DNA of 64,000 nucleotides from a bacterium (lineage in GTDB: Bacteria; Patescibacteriota; CPR2; UBA1875; JAJYID01). Position numbers and translations under genes: made by a program. Shown here in pieces: positions 10,165 to 19,379 of this stretch. The notes under the pieces were generated by a model. That model was not told where the DNA came from and did no database searches. It was given only the letters and a program-made list of their open reading frames with translations. The stretch spans positions 43,131-107,130 of the forward strand of contig JAJYID010000001.1 of NCBI GenBank assembly GCA_021790235.1, given 5' to 3'. Numbering within the stretch: position 1 is the first letter of the stretch; each line of letters opens with the position of its first letter.

Positions 10165-11280
10165 ATGTTTATTAATTATTTAAAATTACAAAACTTCCGG
10201 TCATATAAAAGTTTAAATATTAAACTTGATGTAAATACTATTTTTATCGGTTCAAACGCTCAAGGGAAAACTAACCTGCTTGAAGCCATATTTTTGATGA
10301 CAGTTGGCAAATCTTTTCGAGGTAAAGAGCGTGACATGGTTTTTTGGGATAAGGACTTTTTCCGCATTGAAACTAAGTCTGAAAATCCTAGACCGTTAAA
10401 AGTAGAATATATTTATGAATCAGGTGTTGGTGGCGGCAGGAAAACAGTAAAGATAAATGGTGTTAAAAGGGCTAGTTCCGCTCTTTTAGACGGTCTGAAA
10501 TGCATTTTCTTTTCTCCGGATGAGATAGATATGTTTTTTAACTTTCCGGCTGAGAGACGGCGGCATTTTAATATTTTTATTTCTCAAATAAATAAAGAAT
10601 ATGCCAGAGAACTTATTAAATACAGAAAAATTTTGGATCAGCGAAACGCGCTGCTTCGTAAAATCAGTGAAAGAAAGGCAAGTATTGATGATCTGGAGTT
10701 ATGGGATGGAAAGCTGGCTGAACACGGCTCAAAAATTATTAGCGAAAGACACAAAATAGCAGATGAGCTAAATAAAACCTTGGTATGTGACTATAAAAGG
10801 GTGTCAAAAGATAAAGAACAGCTGGCACTTATCTATAACCCGGCAATATCTAGTAAAAAAAGCGCCAAGGAAAATGAAGATTTTTGGGCTGCTTTTCTAG
10901 AGATTCTTTTGAAATCCAGAGAAAGGGACTTAGCGGCTAAGGTTACTACTTCTGGCCCTCACAGGGATAATTTTTCATTCCAGTTAAAAGGTAGAGGCGT
11001 GGAGACTTTTGCTTCCAGAGGAGAGCTACGTTCTATTATTTTGGCCCTAAAGCTATCTGAGGCCAATCTTTTGAGAGAAAAAACAGGAGAACAACCAATT
11101 TTACTGCTCGATGATGTTTTTAGTGAGCTAGATGAAGATAGAAGGGAGCATTTGACCAAAACTTTTAATGGCCAGCAAACTCTGGTGACTACCAATGACT
11201 TAGATCATATTAGCGTCGATTTACGAAAAAGTTCTAGAATTTTCAAAGTGGAAGACAGCAAAGTAGAGGAACTTAAATGA
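10165..11280 (+). CDS. recF: DNA replication/repair protein RecF
   Basis: NFRSY, GSNAQGKTNLLEA, GPHRD, PILLLDDVFSELD. Confidence 0.96.
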   Translation: MFINYLKLQNFRSYKSLNIKLDVNTIFIGSNAQGKTNLLEAIFLMTVGKSFRGKERDMVFWDKDFFRIETKSENPRPLKVEYIYESGVGGGRKTVKINGVKRASSALLDGLKCIFFSPDEIDMFFNFPAERRRHFNIFISQINKEYARELIKYRKILDQRNALLRKISERKASIDDLELWDGKLAEHGSKIISERHKIADELNKTLVCDYKRVSKDKEQLALIYNPAISSKKSAKENEDFWAAFLEILLKSRERDLAAKVTTSGPHRDNFSFQLKGRGVETFASRGELRSIILALKLSEANLLREKTGEQPILLLDDVFSELDEDRREHLTKTFNGQQTLVTTNDLDHISVDLRKSSRIFKVEDSKVEELK

Positions 11281-11561
11281 ATAATCTGGGTGATGTTTTT
11301 GAAAAAAAGCTGGCACAGCTTAGGATAAAAAAACAAATTAACGCCGCACTTATTTGTGAAGCGTTTGATAAGGCCGTCGCAGAAGTTTTCGGAGAACAGG
11401 GAGCTAAAAACGTGAAAGCCATTTCATATAAAAACAACACTTTGAAGGTTGGGGTATCATCAAGTGTTTGGGCGAGTGAGATTAATCTCAGACAACTTGA
11501 ATTGGCAGAAGATAGGAGTATGAGGTTTATATATAAGCAAGATTTACATTACCTAAGGTAA
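11277..11561 (+). CDS. DUF721/DciA-like protein
   Basis: Small ORF coupled to recF (ATGA overlap); LKVGVSSSVWASEI resembles the DUF721 core; canonical position. Confidence 0.7.
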   Translation: MNNLGDVFEKKLAQLRIKKQINAALICEAFDKAVAEVFGEQGAKNVKAISYKNNTLKVGVSSSVWASEINLRQLELAEDRSMRFIYKQDLHYLR

Positions 11562-12058
11562 GCGGGGGTATCCCACACGATGTTTATATTTGGGTCATGG
11601 GGGTCAATACCTGTGTTTTTTAATAAATTTAAAATTTTGTCTTTATAAATTGAGGTTGGGGTTTTCAAGAAAGTTACAAAGAGAGAATTATTTATATTAT
11701 AAAGATTATAATCATTTGTTTTAATGGGCAAAGTGTCGAGAAATTTATTAAATTTTTCAACATTTGGGTCTATTAGTGTAAATTTTAAAGCGGTGTCATT
11801 TTTAAGATCCACCTCCTCATTTACTTCAGAATAACCAGCCTTAGTGATTTTCACCATATGTTTTCCGGAATTTAGCTTAAAATAAGTTGGAGACTGGCTA
11901 CTGGTTTGATTATCGATTGTTACTTTTGCATCAGATGGCTGGGTTGTTATGTAAAATTTAAACTTCTTAGGGACAAGAAAGTAAATCAAAAAACAACCAA
12001 CAATAATCATAATAATTATGAGGATGATGAATTTAAACTTGTCTATTAGTTGATGCAT
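11549..12058 (-). CDS. membrane-anchored PEGA-domain protein (partner 2)
   Basis: N-terminal TM; ITTQPSDAKVTID...SPT...LNSGKHMVKITKAGY (PEGA); C-terminal domain paralogous to 14660-15250. Confidence 0.8.
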   Translation of the reverse strand: MHQLIDKFKFIILIIIMIIVGCFLIYFLVPKKFKFYITTQPSDAKVTIDNQTSSQSPTYFKLNSGKHMVKITKAGYSEVNEEVDLKNDTALKFTLIDPNVEKFNKFLDTLPIKTNDYNLYNINNSLFVTFLKTPTSIYKDKILNLLKNTGIDPHDPNINIVWDTPAYLR

Positions 12059-12082
12059 TTGAATATATTAAAATATAGGTTT

Positions 12083-14650
12083 TTATTTTTTACAACTAAA
12101 GGCATCTCCGTAACCATTATTATTTAAATAGTTGAGAGGCATTGAGTAAGTTTTGGTCATACTGGTATGGTTGTTATTATCAGAAGAGGGTGAGTACTTT
12201 TCAAGGTAAGCATCAAATGATAGTGGACCCGCTTTACACTCTGTGCATGATCCGTTTGGATTTACATAAACATCGTATATGTAAGCTGCCTGTCCGTAAA
12301 GGCTGTCCTTCCAGCTTGCGTAACTATACCATTTCCTCCCATTTACCATACAGCCTGGTTGACTTGCAGTTGCAGTTCTTCCGAAAGCATTATGACCTTC
12401 AGCGCAAGGAATGGCTGTGCCTAAAGATGATTCTGTCATTGCTTCTCCAATAAGTATTAAAGGGTTGATATTGTTTTCTTGAGCAGCTTGAACAAAATCC
12501 AACCCCATGCCTTTATATGGGGAGTCGATACCGGTACTTTCTATAAAAGCATTGATACCCTGAGCCATTTTATCTGGGTCAGTAATATTTGCTGAACCGC
12601 CCGCCGGTGATAAGCAATCAGGCCCGGCTTCACCACTTCCTCCACATTTCAAATCCTTATCTGCCAAAGAAACTAGGCCTGACATAATATTGATAAACTT
12701 TTCTTCATTTAGGGTGTTGCCATTGAGTACATTCCACTTTCTCACAAATCCTATGTCGTACTGGTCTTCTATGAAAATGAGGTTCGATAGATCTATGGAG
12801 TTAGCTAAAGACCCAAGACCTTGGGTGTCTCCACCCAAGGAGTGGATAGTATAATCCTGCGCATAAGTGTCTTTTATTCTCTCTGCTTCGTTGTAAACCA
12901 TGGCTTCATCCATCTTGTGTTGGGGATTGAACTCATACCAAAGACCACCTTCACGATCAGCGCAAGTAGGGATTTTTATCTCATCTTTTAAGGGTCGGTT
13001 AGGGTCAATAGGTGGTTTTTGCTTCCAAGGGTTCCCGCAGTCAAGTATGGCTGGATCGCTAAGTGTCCCCATGTTAGTAGTTGCACCTGAGATTGCTAAA
13101 AGTATCAGCGGATTAATTTGTTCTCCTCCATCAAGTTCGCTGGCACTCACAAAAAGCGCCCCGGGATCATTCCCGTTTAGGTGGTTAAAAGGTGAAGTTG
13201 GATACTTCTGTTTCAAATATTTATTAATGGCATCAATAAGTTCAAGACGATTTTGTCCTGATGTAGGAGCATCTTTTGCCTTGCTTTCTTCAAAATCTAC
13301 TCCCCACATACCCATACAGCCCATTCTTGCCTCAAGTTTTGTATATTGGTCGCAATATTTGCAAATGTTTGAGTTTAATAAACATATCTGGTTAGATGTG
13401 TTAGAGTTGGATGTACTTGACGGAAGACCTGTTCTTATATCGTTTAGTTTGCTATACAAATTAGTACCAGGACAGGATGTATTATTCATATCTGTATGTG
13501 CTCCATCGTGATTGTCATCGATATTTCCACAACCACTGCCTGTGCATTTATAGTCCTTATGCCCGGCGATATTGGGGCTAGAGATTGTTGGATGTCCCTC
13601 TGTCCCCGGGAATGCGTCGTTGCCTTGAAGATCAATATGGTATGTTTCATTTAACCAAAGAATGAGATTTCTTGCTGCAGCCATACTTGCTTCACTGGGC
13701 TCGGCATTTTCATAATTTCCCATAATGGCTATTCCAATACTTCCGACGTTGTAGCCCTTAGTATGCCCCCCGACTACATTCATACCACCGGCACGACCTT
13801 CATAAATATTACCCTGCTTGTCTATTACATAGTTGTAACCAATATCTCCCCAGCCCCTTTTAATATGTTCCTGCCAGATACCCCGCATGTCTGCTTTCGG
13901 GTCGTTTGTTGTAGTTGAAGCAGTATGATGGATAATGTATTTTTTAGCCGGTGAGTACTGAGGGGCCCAGTTAGGTGATGATTCGCCATCAGGGCAACCC
14001 CAATCAGTCCTGGAAATAATATGGGGGCTTTGCGGATTATCAGCGTTTGCGATCGGAAAAATCAATAGTCTGCCCAAAAAACTTTCAACCTTTTTTAAAA
14101 TGCCGCTTCTGGTATCCATGTAGTAGAGATTTATATTTTTCAGTATCGGGCTTAAACTTGTGTTAGAAGTTTTAAGCACAATTTTATATTGGATCTGGTT
14201 ACCGGTATAGAAAAATGGGGCTTCAGGGCTTAGTTTTTGATTTGCAGTTCCATCTTTTTCTCCGGTATCCCCTTCTATTTTTTGCCAGTTGCTCCATTTG
14301 CCGTTCTCCCCCAGTCTTAGATATAATTCTAAGCTTGTACCTTGGGGTGTTTCTTGTTGCCAGTATGGAGCCACCCCACTGAATTCAAAACTGGTGGTAA
14401 AGACTTTTGATTTGTATATTCTCTCAGGGTTAAAAGACCCGGCGGCATTTTTATCTAGAGAAATATTTTTATCTGTTTGGTCTTCTTTTATGGTTGATGT
14501 TTTGAAGACTTTAGTGGATGTTTGAGTAGAAGAAGCAGTTTTCTGTTGTTTCGTTTTAATGAAAGAAAGGCCTGTGGCAACAGCCAATAAGAAAAGTGCC
14601 AAGAGGACGGAGGTAAACATTAAAAATCTTTTTTTTGATGTTATTTCCAT
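12083..14650 (-). CDS. secreted/anchored N-acetylmuramoyl-L-alanine amidase (Amidase_2/PGRP) with two C-terminal glucosaminidase/lysozyme-like repeats
   Basis: IISRTDWG, IIHHTAS, GWGDIGYNYVID, IYEGRAGG, GHKD, TSCPG (Zn ligands); two INPLIL-containing repeats; N-terminal TM/signal. Confidence 0.85.
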   Translation of the reverse strand: MEITSKKRFLMFTSVLLALFLLAVATGLSFIKTKQQKTASSTQTSTKVFKTSTIKEDQTDKNISLDKNAAGSFNPERIYKSKVFTTSFEFSGVAPYWQQETPQGTSLELYLRLGENGKWSNWQKIEGDTGEKDGTANQKLSPEAPFFYTGNQIQYKIVLKTSNTSLSPILKNINLYYMDTRSGILKKVESFLGRLLIFPIANADNPQSPHIISRTDWGCPDGESSPNWAPQYSPAKKYIIHHTASTTTNDPKADMRGIWQEHIKRGWGDIGYNYVIDKQGNIYEGRAGGMNVVGGHTKGYNVGSIGIAIMGNYENAEPSEASMAAARNLILWLNETYHIDLQGNDAFPGTEGHPTISSPNIAGHKDYKCTGSGCGNIDDNHDGAHTDMNNTSCPGTNLYSKLNDIRTGLPSSTSNSNTSNQICLLNSNICKYCDQYTKLEARMGCMGMWGVDFEESKAKDAPTSGQNRLELIDAINKYLKQKYPTSPFNHLNGNDPGALFVSASELDGGEQINPLILLAISGATTNMGTLSDPAILDCGNPWKQKPPIDPNRPLKDEIKIPTCADREGGLWYEFNPQHKMDEAMVYNEAERIKDTYAQDYTIHSLGGDTQGLGSLANSIDLSNLIFIEDQYDIGFVRKWNVLNGNTLNEEKFINIMSGLVSLADKDLKCGGSGEAGPDCLSPAGGSANITDPDKMAQGINAFIESTGIDSPYKGMGLDFVQAAQENNINPLILIGEAMTESSLGTAIPCAEGHNAFGRTATASQPGCMVNGRKWYSYASWKDSLYGQAAYIYDVYVNPNGSCTECKAGPLSFDAYLEKYSPSSDNNNHTSMTKTYSMPLNYLNNNGYGDAFSCKK

Positions 14651-14659
14651 TTTTTACTT

Positions 14660-15250
14660 TTAAAATTTGTTATCGTAAACCCAATTTATTTTTAAACTTT
14701 GAGGATCGGCCGCCCCATGGTCGCTAAACCACTTGTACACTTCTGCTTTTGACTGCGCCTCACGTTCCCTGAAAATATAAACATGCATTGTCCCATCTTC
14801 ATAAGGTGCACTTATATAGTAGTCTTTTGCTTGGACAGGCAGCTGGGATGCATACGGATATGCATCGTTATAATCATTAACCTTTTTTGCAACTTCAGCT
14901 GGACTTTGCATATAACCTCCCCCTGTTCCTATTGCTTCAGGGGGGAGGATCGAGAGAGAGTAGTTTAGACTGACAGATTTTTTTAGAGGAGCAATTGAAA
15001 ATGAAGTTTTCAGGTTTTTATAGTCTTTGTGTGATATTTCAATGTTGAAAGTTCCTGATTTAAGTTCAATAGTGGCAGGTGTTTTGCCGGTGATATCTCC
15101 TATCTTAAAACTTGCTGACGATGGAGAGGAGATAATAGTCACCTTTTTCTTTGTCTGGCCTTCTAAAAATAAAAGTATTAAAAGGAAGCATATAAGAGTT
15201 ATGCTGATTAAAGAGGCAATAATAATGAATTTCTTATTATGGGTGTACAT
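14660..15250 (-). CDS. membrane-anchored PEGA-domain protein (partner 1)
   Basis: N-terminal TM; IISSPSSASFKIG...GKTPATIELKSGTFNIEISHKDY (PEGA); overlaps the upstream gene by 14 nt. Confidence 0.8.
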   Translation of the reverse strand: MYTHNKKFIIIASLISITLICFLLILLFLEGQTKKKVTIISSPSSASFKIGDITGKTPATIELKSGTFNIEISHKDYKNLKTSFSIAPLKKSVSLNYSLSILPPEAIGTGGGYMQSPAEVAKKVNDYNDAYPYASQLPVQAKDYYISAPYEDGTMHVYIFREREAQSKAEVYKWFSDHGAADPQSLKINWVYDNKF

Positions 15251-16814
15251 AAAAATATGCTCCGCTTGGATCTATGCTTTGTAAATGGCTGACAGTGATA
15301 ATATATGGGTCGGGGCCGTTTGGGTATGGATCATTGACGGTAATATTGTCACCCTTTTTTGAGTCCAGCACAATAAAGTGGCCGCCATACATATTAGTTG
15401 AAGCGATGATCGGTTCGTTCCCTTTCTCTATGCGTTGCATGGCTTCACTAAATCCGATTTGTGATGAACCCATATTGTAGTATTTACTTGCAACATCAGG
15501 GAATAAGCTCCATTTAGACCCCCCGTCTACTTCATTTAAAGCTACGCCTTGTTTAGCTACCTGTCCGGGGTCAGTATTTTGGCCGTAATATGCTAGGACC
15601 ATAGCCAAAGAAGTCGGGCCACAACCCCATGCACACACAGTGGCACCATATGTGTTATTTGCCCATCTTGGATCGCATTGACTAAAAAGTGGGACCTTAC
15701 TTAATGGGCTACCCGGATTCGGAGAAGCGCTTGGGTTGCGGAAAAGATCCTCAAGTGAACAAGCTGTATTATAACCCTCGGTAGATGTTTCATTTTTATA
15801 CCAGCCCAAAACTCCCAGACGATTTCTATATCCATCAGCATCGAAGCCGTCCCAGAGCCAATGACTATTATTGTAATAGTCAAATTTATCTTTTAGATAT
15901 CGATCGGTGAAACATTGCTCTTGTGATTCCTTTTTAACGTACAAACAATGGTAGTTGCTAATGTATTCTTCGGCAATGCCCACGGGATATTGGCCATCAG
16001 GCCTTATTTTGTTTTGATAATTTCCATCCTCATCAGGTATAAGTTTACCGCTAGGGTCTCTTAGGGCATTGGCTGTTTGAAGCTCTTGGCCAATTTTTTC
16101 TAAGCGGTCTTTTACGTTACCCTGCCCTCCCACATCTTCCATAAAACAGTCATAGCAGTTTTGGAGCCCCGCATCTTCTATGTTGCGAAAATCTATGGCT
16201 GCGATCATTTCCCAGGGTACGCCAGTTTTCTGGCCTGCTTTTCTGACTACTCTACCATAACATCCAGCATCATTATTGCCTTCATCAAGGGTTTTTGTTA
16301 CAACCTTCCCTTCCTTATTATGGGTTGTGATGACACCTGAAGTTTTGAGAGCATCTTCAGACCATTGAGGAATCTGAGTAACTGTACATATATTATTGGA
16401 GTTTCCCGGGCCCTTACCTCCAAATACGTTATAAACTTTAGAAGCGGCACCTGTCACAACGTCTATAGTATAATGTTTGAACATTCCGATTGTACCTTCC
16501 ACTAGCGCAAAGGGGCCAAAAATTATCGGTACCCATATCGAAACAATTATACTTAAGATGATGGCACCGCCTAAAATAATTTCTACCCATCTTCTTCTAA
16601 TGACCTCCAGCGCATTTTTTACAGCCCCGAAAACATTGCCTTCAGCGGCCTCGGCAGCAGCCATTCCGGCTTGTGCAACATCTGCGCCAACTTTACCCCC
16701 GGCTTTTTCACCAACTTCTCGAGCCTTATTACCGGCTGTATCCCCTGAGGCAATTGGGTTTTTCCCTTTCTTTCTGAGTTTCCGCAGATTTTGATCGTCA
16801 TATGTATTTGCCAT
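15237..16814 (-). CDS. membrane-anchored C39-like peptidase with a degenerate lytic-transglycosylase-like domain (VirB1-like position)
   Basis: VPLFSQCDPRW, GCGPTSLAMV, GHFIVL, VNDP (Q/C/H/D set); central KAGQKTGVPWEMIAAIDFRN; TM at about aa 78-100. Confidence 0.8.
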   Translation of the reverse strand: MANTYDDQNLRKLRKKGKNPIASGDTAGNKAREVGEKAGGKVGADVAQAGMAAAEAAEGNVFGAVKNALEVIRRRWVEIILGGAIILSIIVSIWVPIIFGPFALVEGTIGMFKHYTIDVVTGAASKVYNVFGGKGPGNSNNICTVTQIPQWSEDALKTSGVITTHNKEGKVVTKTLDEGNNDAGCYGRVVRKAGQKTGVPWEMIAAIDFRNIEDAGLQNCYDCFMEDVGGQGNVKDRLEKIGQELQTANALRDPSGKLIPDEDGNYQNKIRPDGQYPVGIAEEYISNYHCLYVKKESQEQCFTDRYLKDKFDYYNNSHWLWDGFDADGYRNRLGVLGWYKNETSTEGYNTACSLEDLFRNPSASPNPGSPLSKVPLFSQCDPRWANNTYGATVCAWGCGPTSLAMVLAYYGQNTDPGQVAKQGVALNEVDGGSKWSLFPDVASKYYNMGSSQIGFSEAMQRIEKGNEPIIASTNMYGGHFIVLDSKKGDNITVNDPYPNGPDPYIITVSHLQSIDPSGAYFYVHP

Positions 16815-18625
16815 TACTCTTCCTCATATTCTTCCTCAAGTTCTTTTAACTGCTCAGGGTCTGTAGTTACAAGCTCGTCTTCTGTTTCAGAACGGATGAC
16901 TTGTATAATAGCGTGGTTAAGACCGGCAATAAAGAGCCCCTCTCCTGTTTCACAGCTAAGCAGAAAGTTTCTCTCCGCATCAGTAAGGTCAAAGACTTCT
17001 TTAATTAAATCTGCTTGAGACGGGTGTTGTTTTAAGAGCAGTGATAAGGAGGCATTTGATATTAGAGGCTTGCCGTACTCGCTTTTTAGAAAATCTCCTA
17101 TATCCTGGCCAATTACAGTTGTGCCAAGATAATATTTTCTTCCCCTTTTTGCCACAGAATATAAAAACTGCGCAGAGTCTTCATATTTCATGAGCATCCA
17201 GGCCTCGTCGACCACTAAAAGGCGCTTCCTTTTATCACTTTTTACCTTGGTCCAGATGAAGTTTAAGGTAGAATACATAGCGATCGGACGCAGATCTTCT
17301 TCAAGGTCGCGGATGGAGAAACAGACAAAACGATTTGCTAGTGATACATTTGTATAATCATTGAAAAGTCCTGAAAAAGTACCGTCTGTAAACTTATTTA
17401 GCCTTAAGGCCATACTTTCACCTCCCGGCATACTTTCTAGTACGTTTTTTAGATCAGACATCAGTGGTGGGGTCAGGTGGTGGGTTGCAGGGTCTTCAGT
17501 AATGCCTTTTGCGGCATAAGTCTCGACTAAAGCTTTGTCTAAAATGTTTTTTTCTTCATCTGTAAGGTCTCCGAGCATTACTCTCAAAAGTCCGTTTAAT
17601 ATAATTATATTGCTGCGAAGAGCATCTCGCTGATCCTCGAAGTCAGAGACATTTTGGGGAAGATCAAAAGGGTTCAATATTTGTTCTGAGTTTAGATGGA
17701 TGTTAATGTATGAACCACCAACCGCCTCACAAAGTTCTTCAAACTCCTTTTCGGGGTCGATCACAATAGCATCAGCATCAAACATCAGTTGTCTGAGAAT
17801 CTCAAGTTTTGCCGCATAGGATTTACCAGCGCCCGATGTAGCGAGGATGACTGAATTATAGTTTTGCAGCTTAAAACGATCAAAAATAATTAGACTGTTA
17901 TTAATCTTGTTTGCACCGTAGAGAATTCCTTCATTGTTTGTAAGGGTGGAGGAAACAAAAGGAAAAGATACAGAGACTGCTTCAGTGTCCATATTTCTAT
18001 TTATAGAAAGTTCATCTTTACCCATGGGCAGACAAGTGTTAAAACCTTGTTCCATCTGAAGGTTTGCATGTTTAGTAAAGACCATATGGATGCCAAAAAG
18101 ATTTTCTAAGCTTTGAGTATCTTCATTTAACTTATCAAGGCTGTCGGCATATATTGTTACATAGATACCTTGCTGAAACATCTTTGCCAGACCGGTAGTG
18201 ATATTGTCCCTTAAATCTTCAATATCGGCGTAAGTTGCCTCGAGAAATGGGTTGCGAGTCAGGCCTTTCTCTGCCTCCATGACTAGAGATGATTCAACTT
18301 GTGAAGACTTAGATCTCAGCTTCTTTAGGGTTGACTCGGTATTTTGTGGATAGATATGCATCGAAAGATCTAAAATAATATCCACATTTATAATTTCAGA
18401 AAGCCAGCCAGAGTTTAAAAAACGAGGATATTCATAAACGAAAAGGGTCCTGGCGAAGGTATCGCCCAGTTTAATATAATCAAAAGTCACTTCAAAAGAT
18501 GAGGGCGATATCATATCACGAATGGACATTATACCGGCACGAAATGCTTGCATCTGATTTTGCTTTTGAATTTCCTCAGGCGTTAAAGGCTGTTTCTTTT
18601 TGATTAAAAAATCTAAAATACTCAT
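16814..18625 (-). CDS. virB4: VirB4/TraC-like T4SS ATPase
   Basis: Walker A ATSGAGKS, IDPEKEF, LNPFDL, Walker B LLVVDEAW, KRGRKY, GEGLF. Confidence 0.92.
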   Translation of the reverse strand: MSILDFLIKKKQPLTPEEIQKQNQMQAFRAGIMSIRDMISPSSFEVTFDYIKLGDTFARTLFVYEYPRFLNSGWLSEIINVDIILDLSMHIYPQNTESTLKKLRSKSSQVESSLVMEAEKGLTRNPFLEATYADIEDLRDNITTGLAKMFQQGIYVTIYADSLDKLNEDTQSLENLFGIHMVFTKHANLQMEQGFNTCLPMGKDELSINRNMDTEAVSVSFPFVSSTLTNNEGILYGANKINNSLIIFDRFKLQNYNSVILATSGAGKSYAAKLEILRQLMFDADAIVIDPEKEFEELCEAVGGSYINIHLNSEQILNPFDLPQNVSDFEDQRDALRSNIIILNGLLRVMLGDLTDEEKNILDKALVETYAAKGITEDPATHHLTPPLMSDLKNVLESMPGGESMALRLNKFTDGTFSGLFNDYTNVSLANRFVCFSIRDLEEDLRPIAMYSTLNFIWTKVKSDKRKRLLVVDEAWMLMKYEDSAQFLYSVAKRGRKYYLGTTVIGQDIGDFLKSEYGKPLISNASLSLLLKQHPSQADLIKEVFDLTDAERNFLLSCETGEGLFIAGLNHAIIQVIRSETEDELVTTDPEQLKELEEEYEEE

Positions 18626-18653
18626 TTTTTATTGCTAACAACTTTATAATTTA

Positions 18654-19379
18654 TCAAATATTGTTCTCCACATCTTCTCTTTTAGAAATATATTGCGCCC
18701 CTAGCTGATCCAAATGTTTTATATGTTCATGTCCGGCAGTTTCGGGATTATAACAAGCATAAAAAAGTTCTATTAAGGCTTCTGTGGGCAAAGGTGTGGA
18801 AGTGAGCCCAACTTCTGCTAAGGTGGACATTGTGACTTCTGCCCTTTGTCGCAACTGTTTCAAACCATTTTCATAACTTTCATTCGTTGCGCTTGGATGG
18901 CTCGTCTTTTTTAGCCCTAAGTATGAAAGTAGACCTTTTGAGCTGCTCTCAAGCACATTTGGATAATAAGGAACAATAACAAAGAATCTTTTGTCCATTA
19001 CATTCACACTAGACAGGATGTCTTCTAGAAAGTCTATATAATCTTCGGTTTGTTCTTTTAAGAGAGAATTTTTTTGTTTTGTTGCCTCTTTTTTTAGTGT
19101 GGCAAGGTAAGAAGTGAGGTCGACTTTTCTAGATTGAACTAGAAACTGAAGAGGGAAGCTCACGGAATTTAGGGCGCTTTCATACATATCCATAACGGTG
19201 TTTTGTTCTTCTTCGGAACGAAGTGCCAGATTTATGCTAGAAACCATGATGACTACATGGAGTGAACCATCTTTTAGAATCAAGGTGTCGTCTTTGATTT
19301 GATCAATTTCCAAAAATCTTTGAGTGCTCTCAAAGTGTTGTTTATTGCTATGTGTTGATTTTTTGTTGAAAGGGAACAT
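18654..19379 (-). CDS. T4SS-associated protein (TraC/VirB4 N-terminal-like)
   Basis: STQRFLEIDQIKDDTLILKDG, SINLALRSEEEQ, LNSVSFPLQFLVQSRKVD, RFFVIVPY; lies between PrgI and VirB4. Confidence 0.75.
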   Translation of the reverse strand: MFPFNKKSTHSNKQHFESTQRFLEIDQIKDDTLILKDGSLHVVIMVSSINLALRSEEEQNTVMDMYESALNSVSFPLQFLVQSRKVDLTSYLATLKKEATKQKNSLLKEQTEDYIDFLEDILSSVNVMDKRFFVIVPYYPNVLESSSKGLLSYLGLKKTSHPSATNESYENGLKQLRQRAEVTMSTLAEVGLTSTPLPTEALIELFYACYNPETAGHEHIKHLDQLGAQYISKREDVENNI

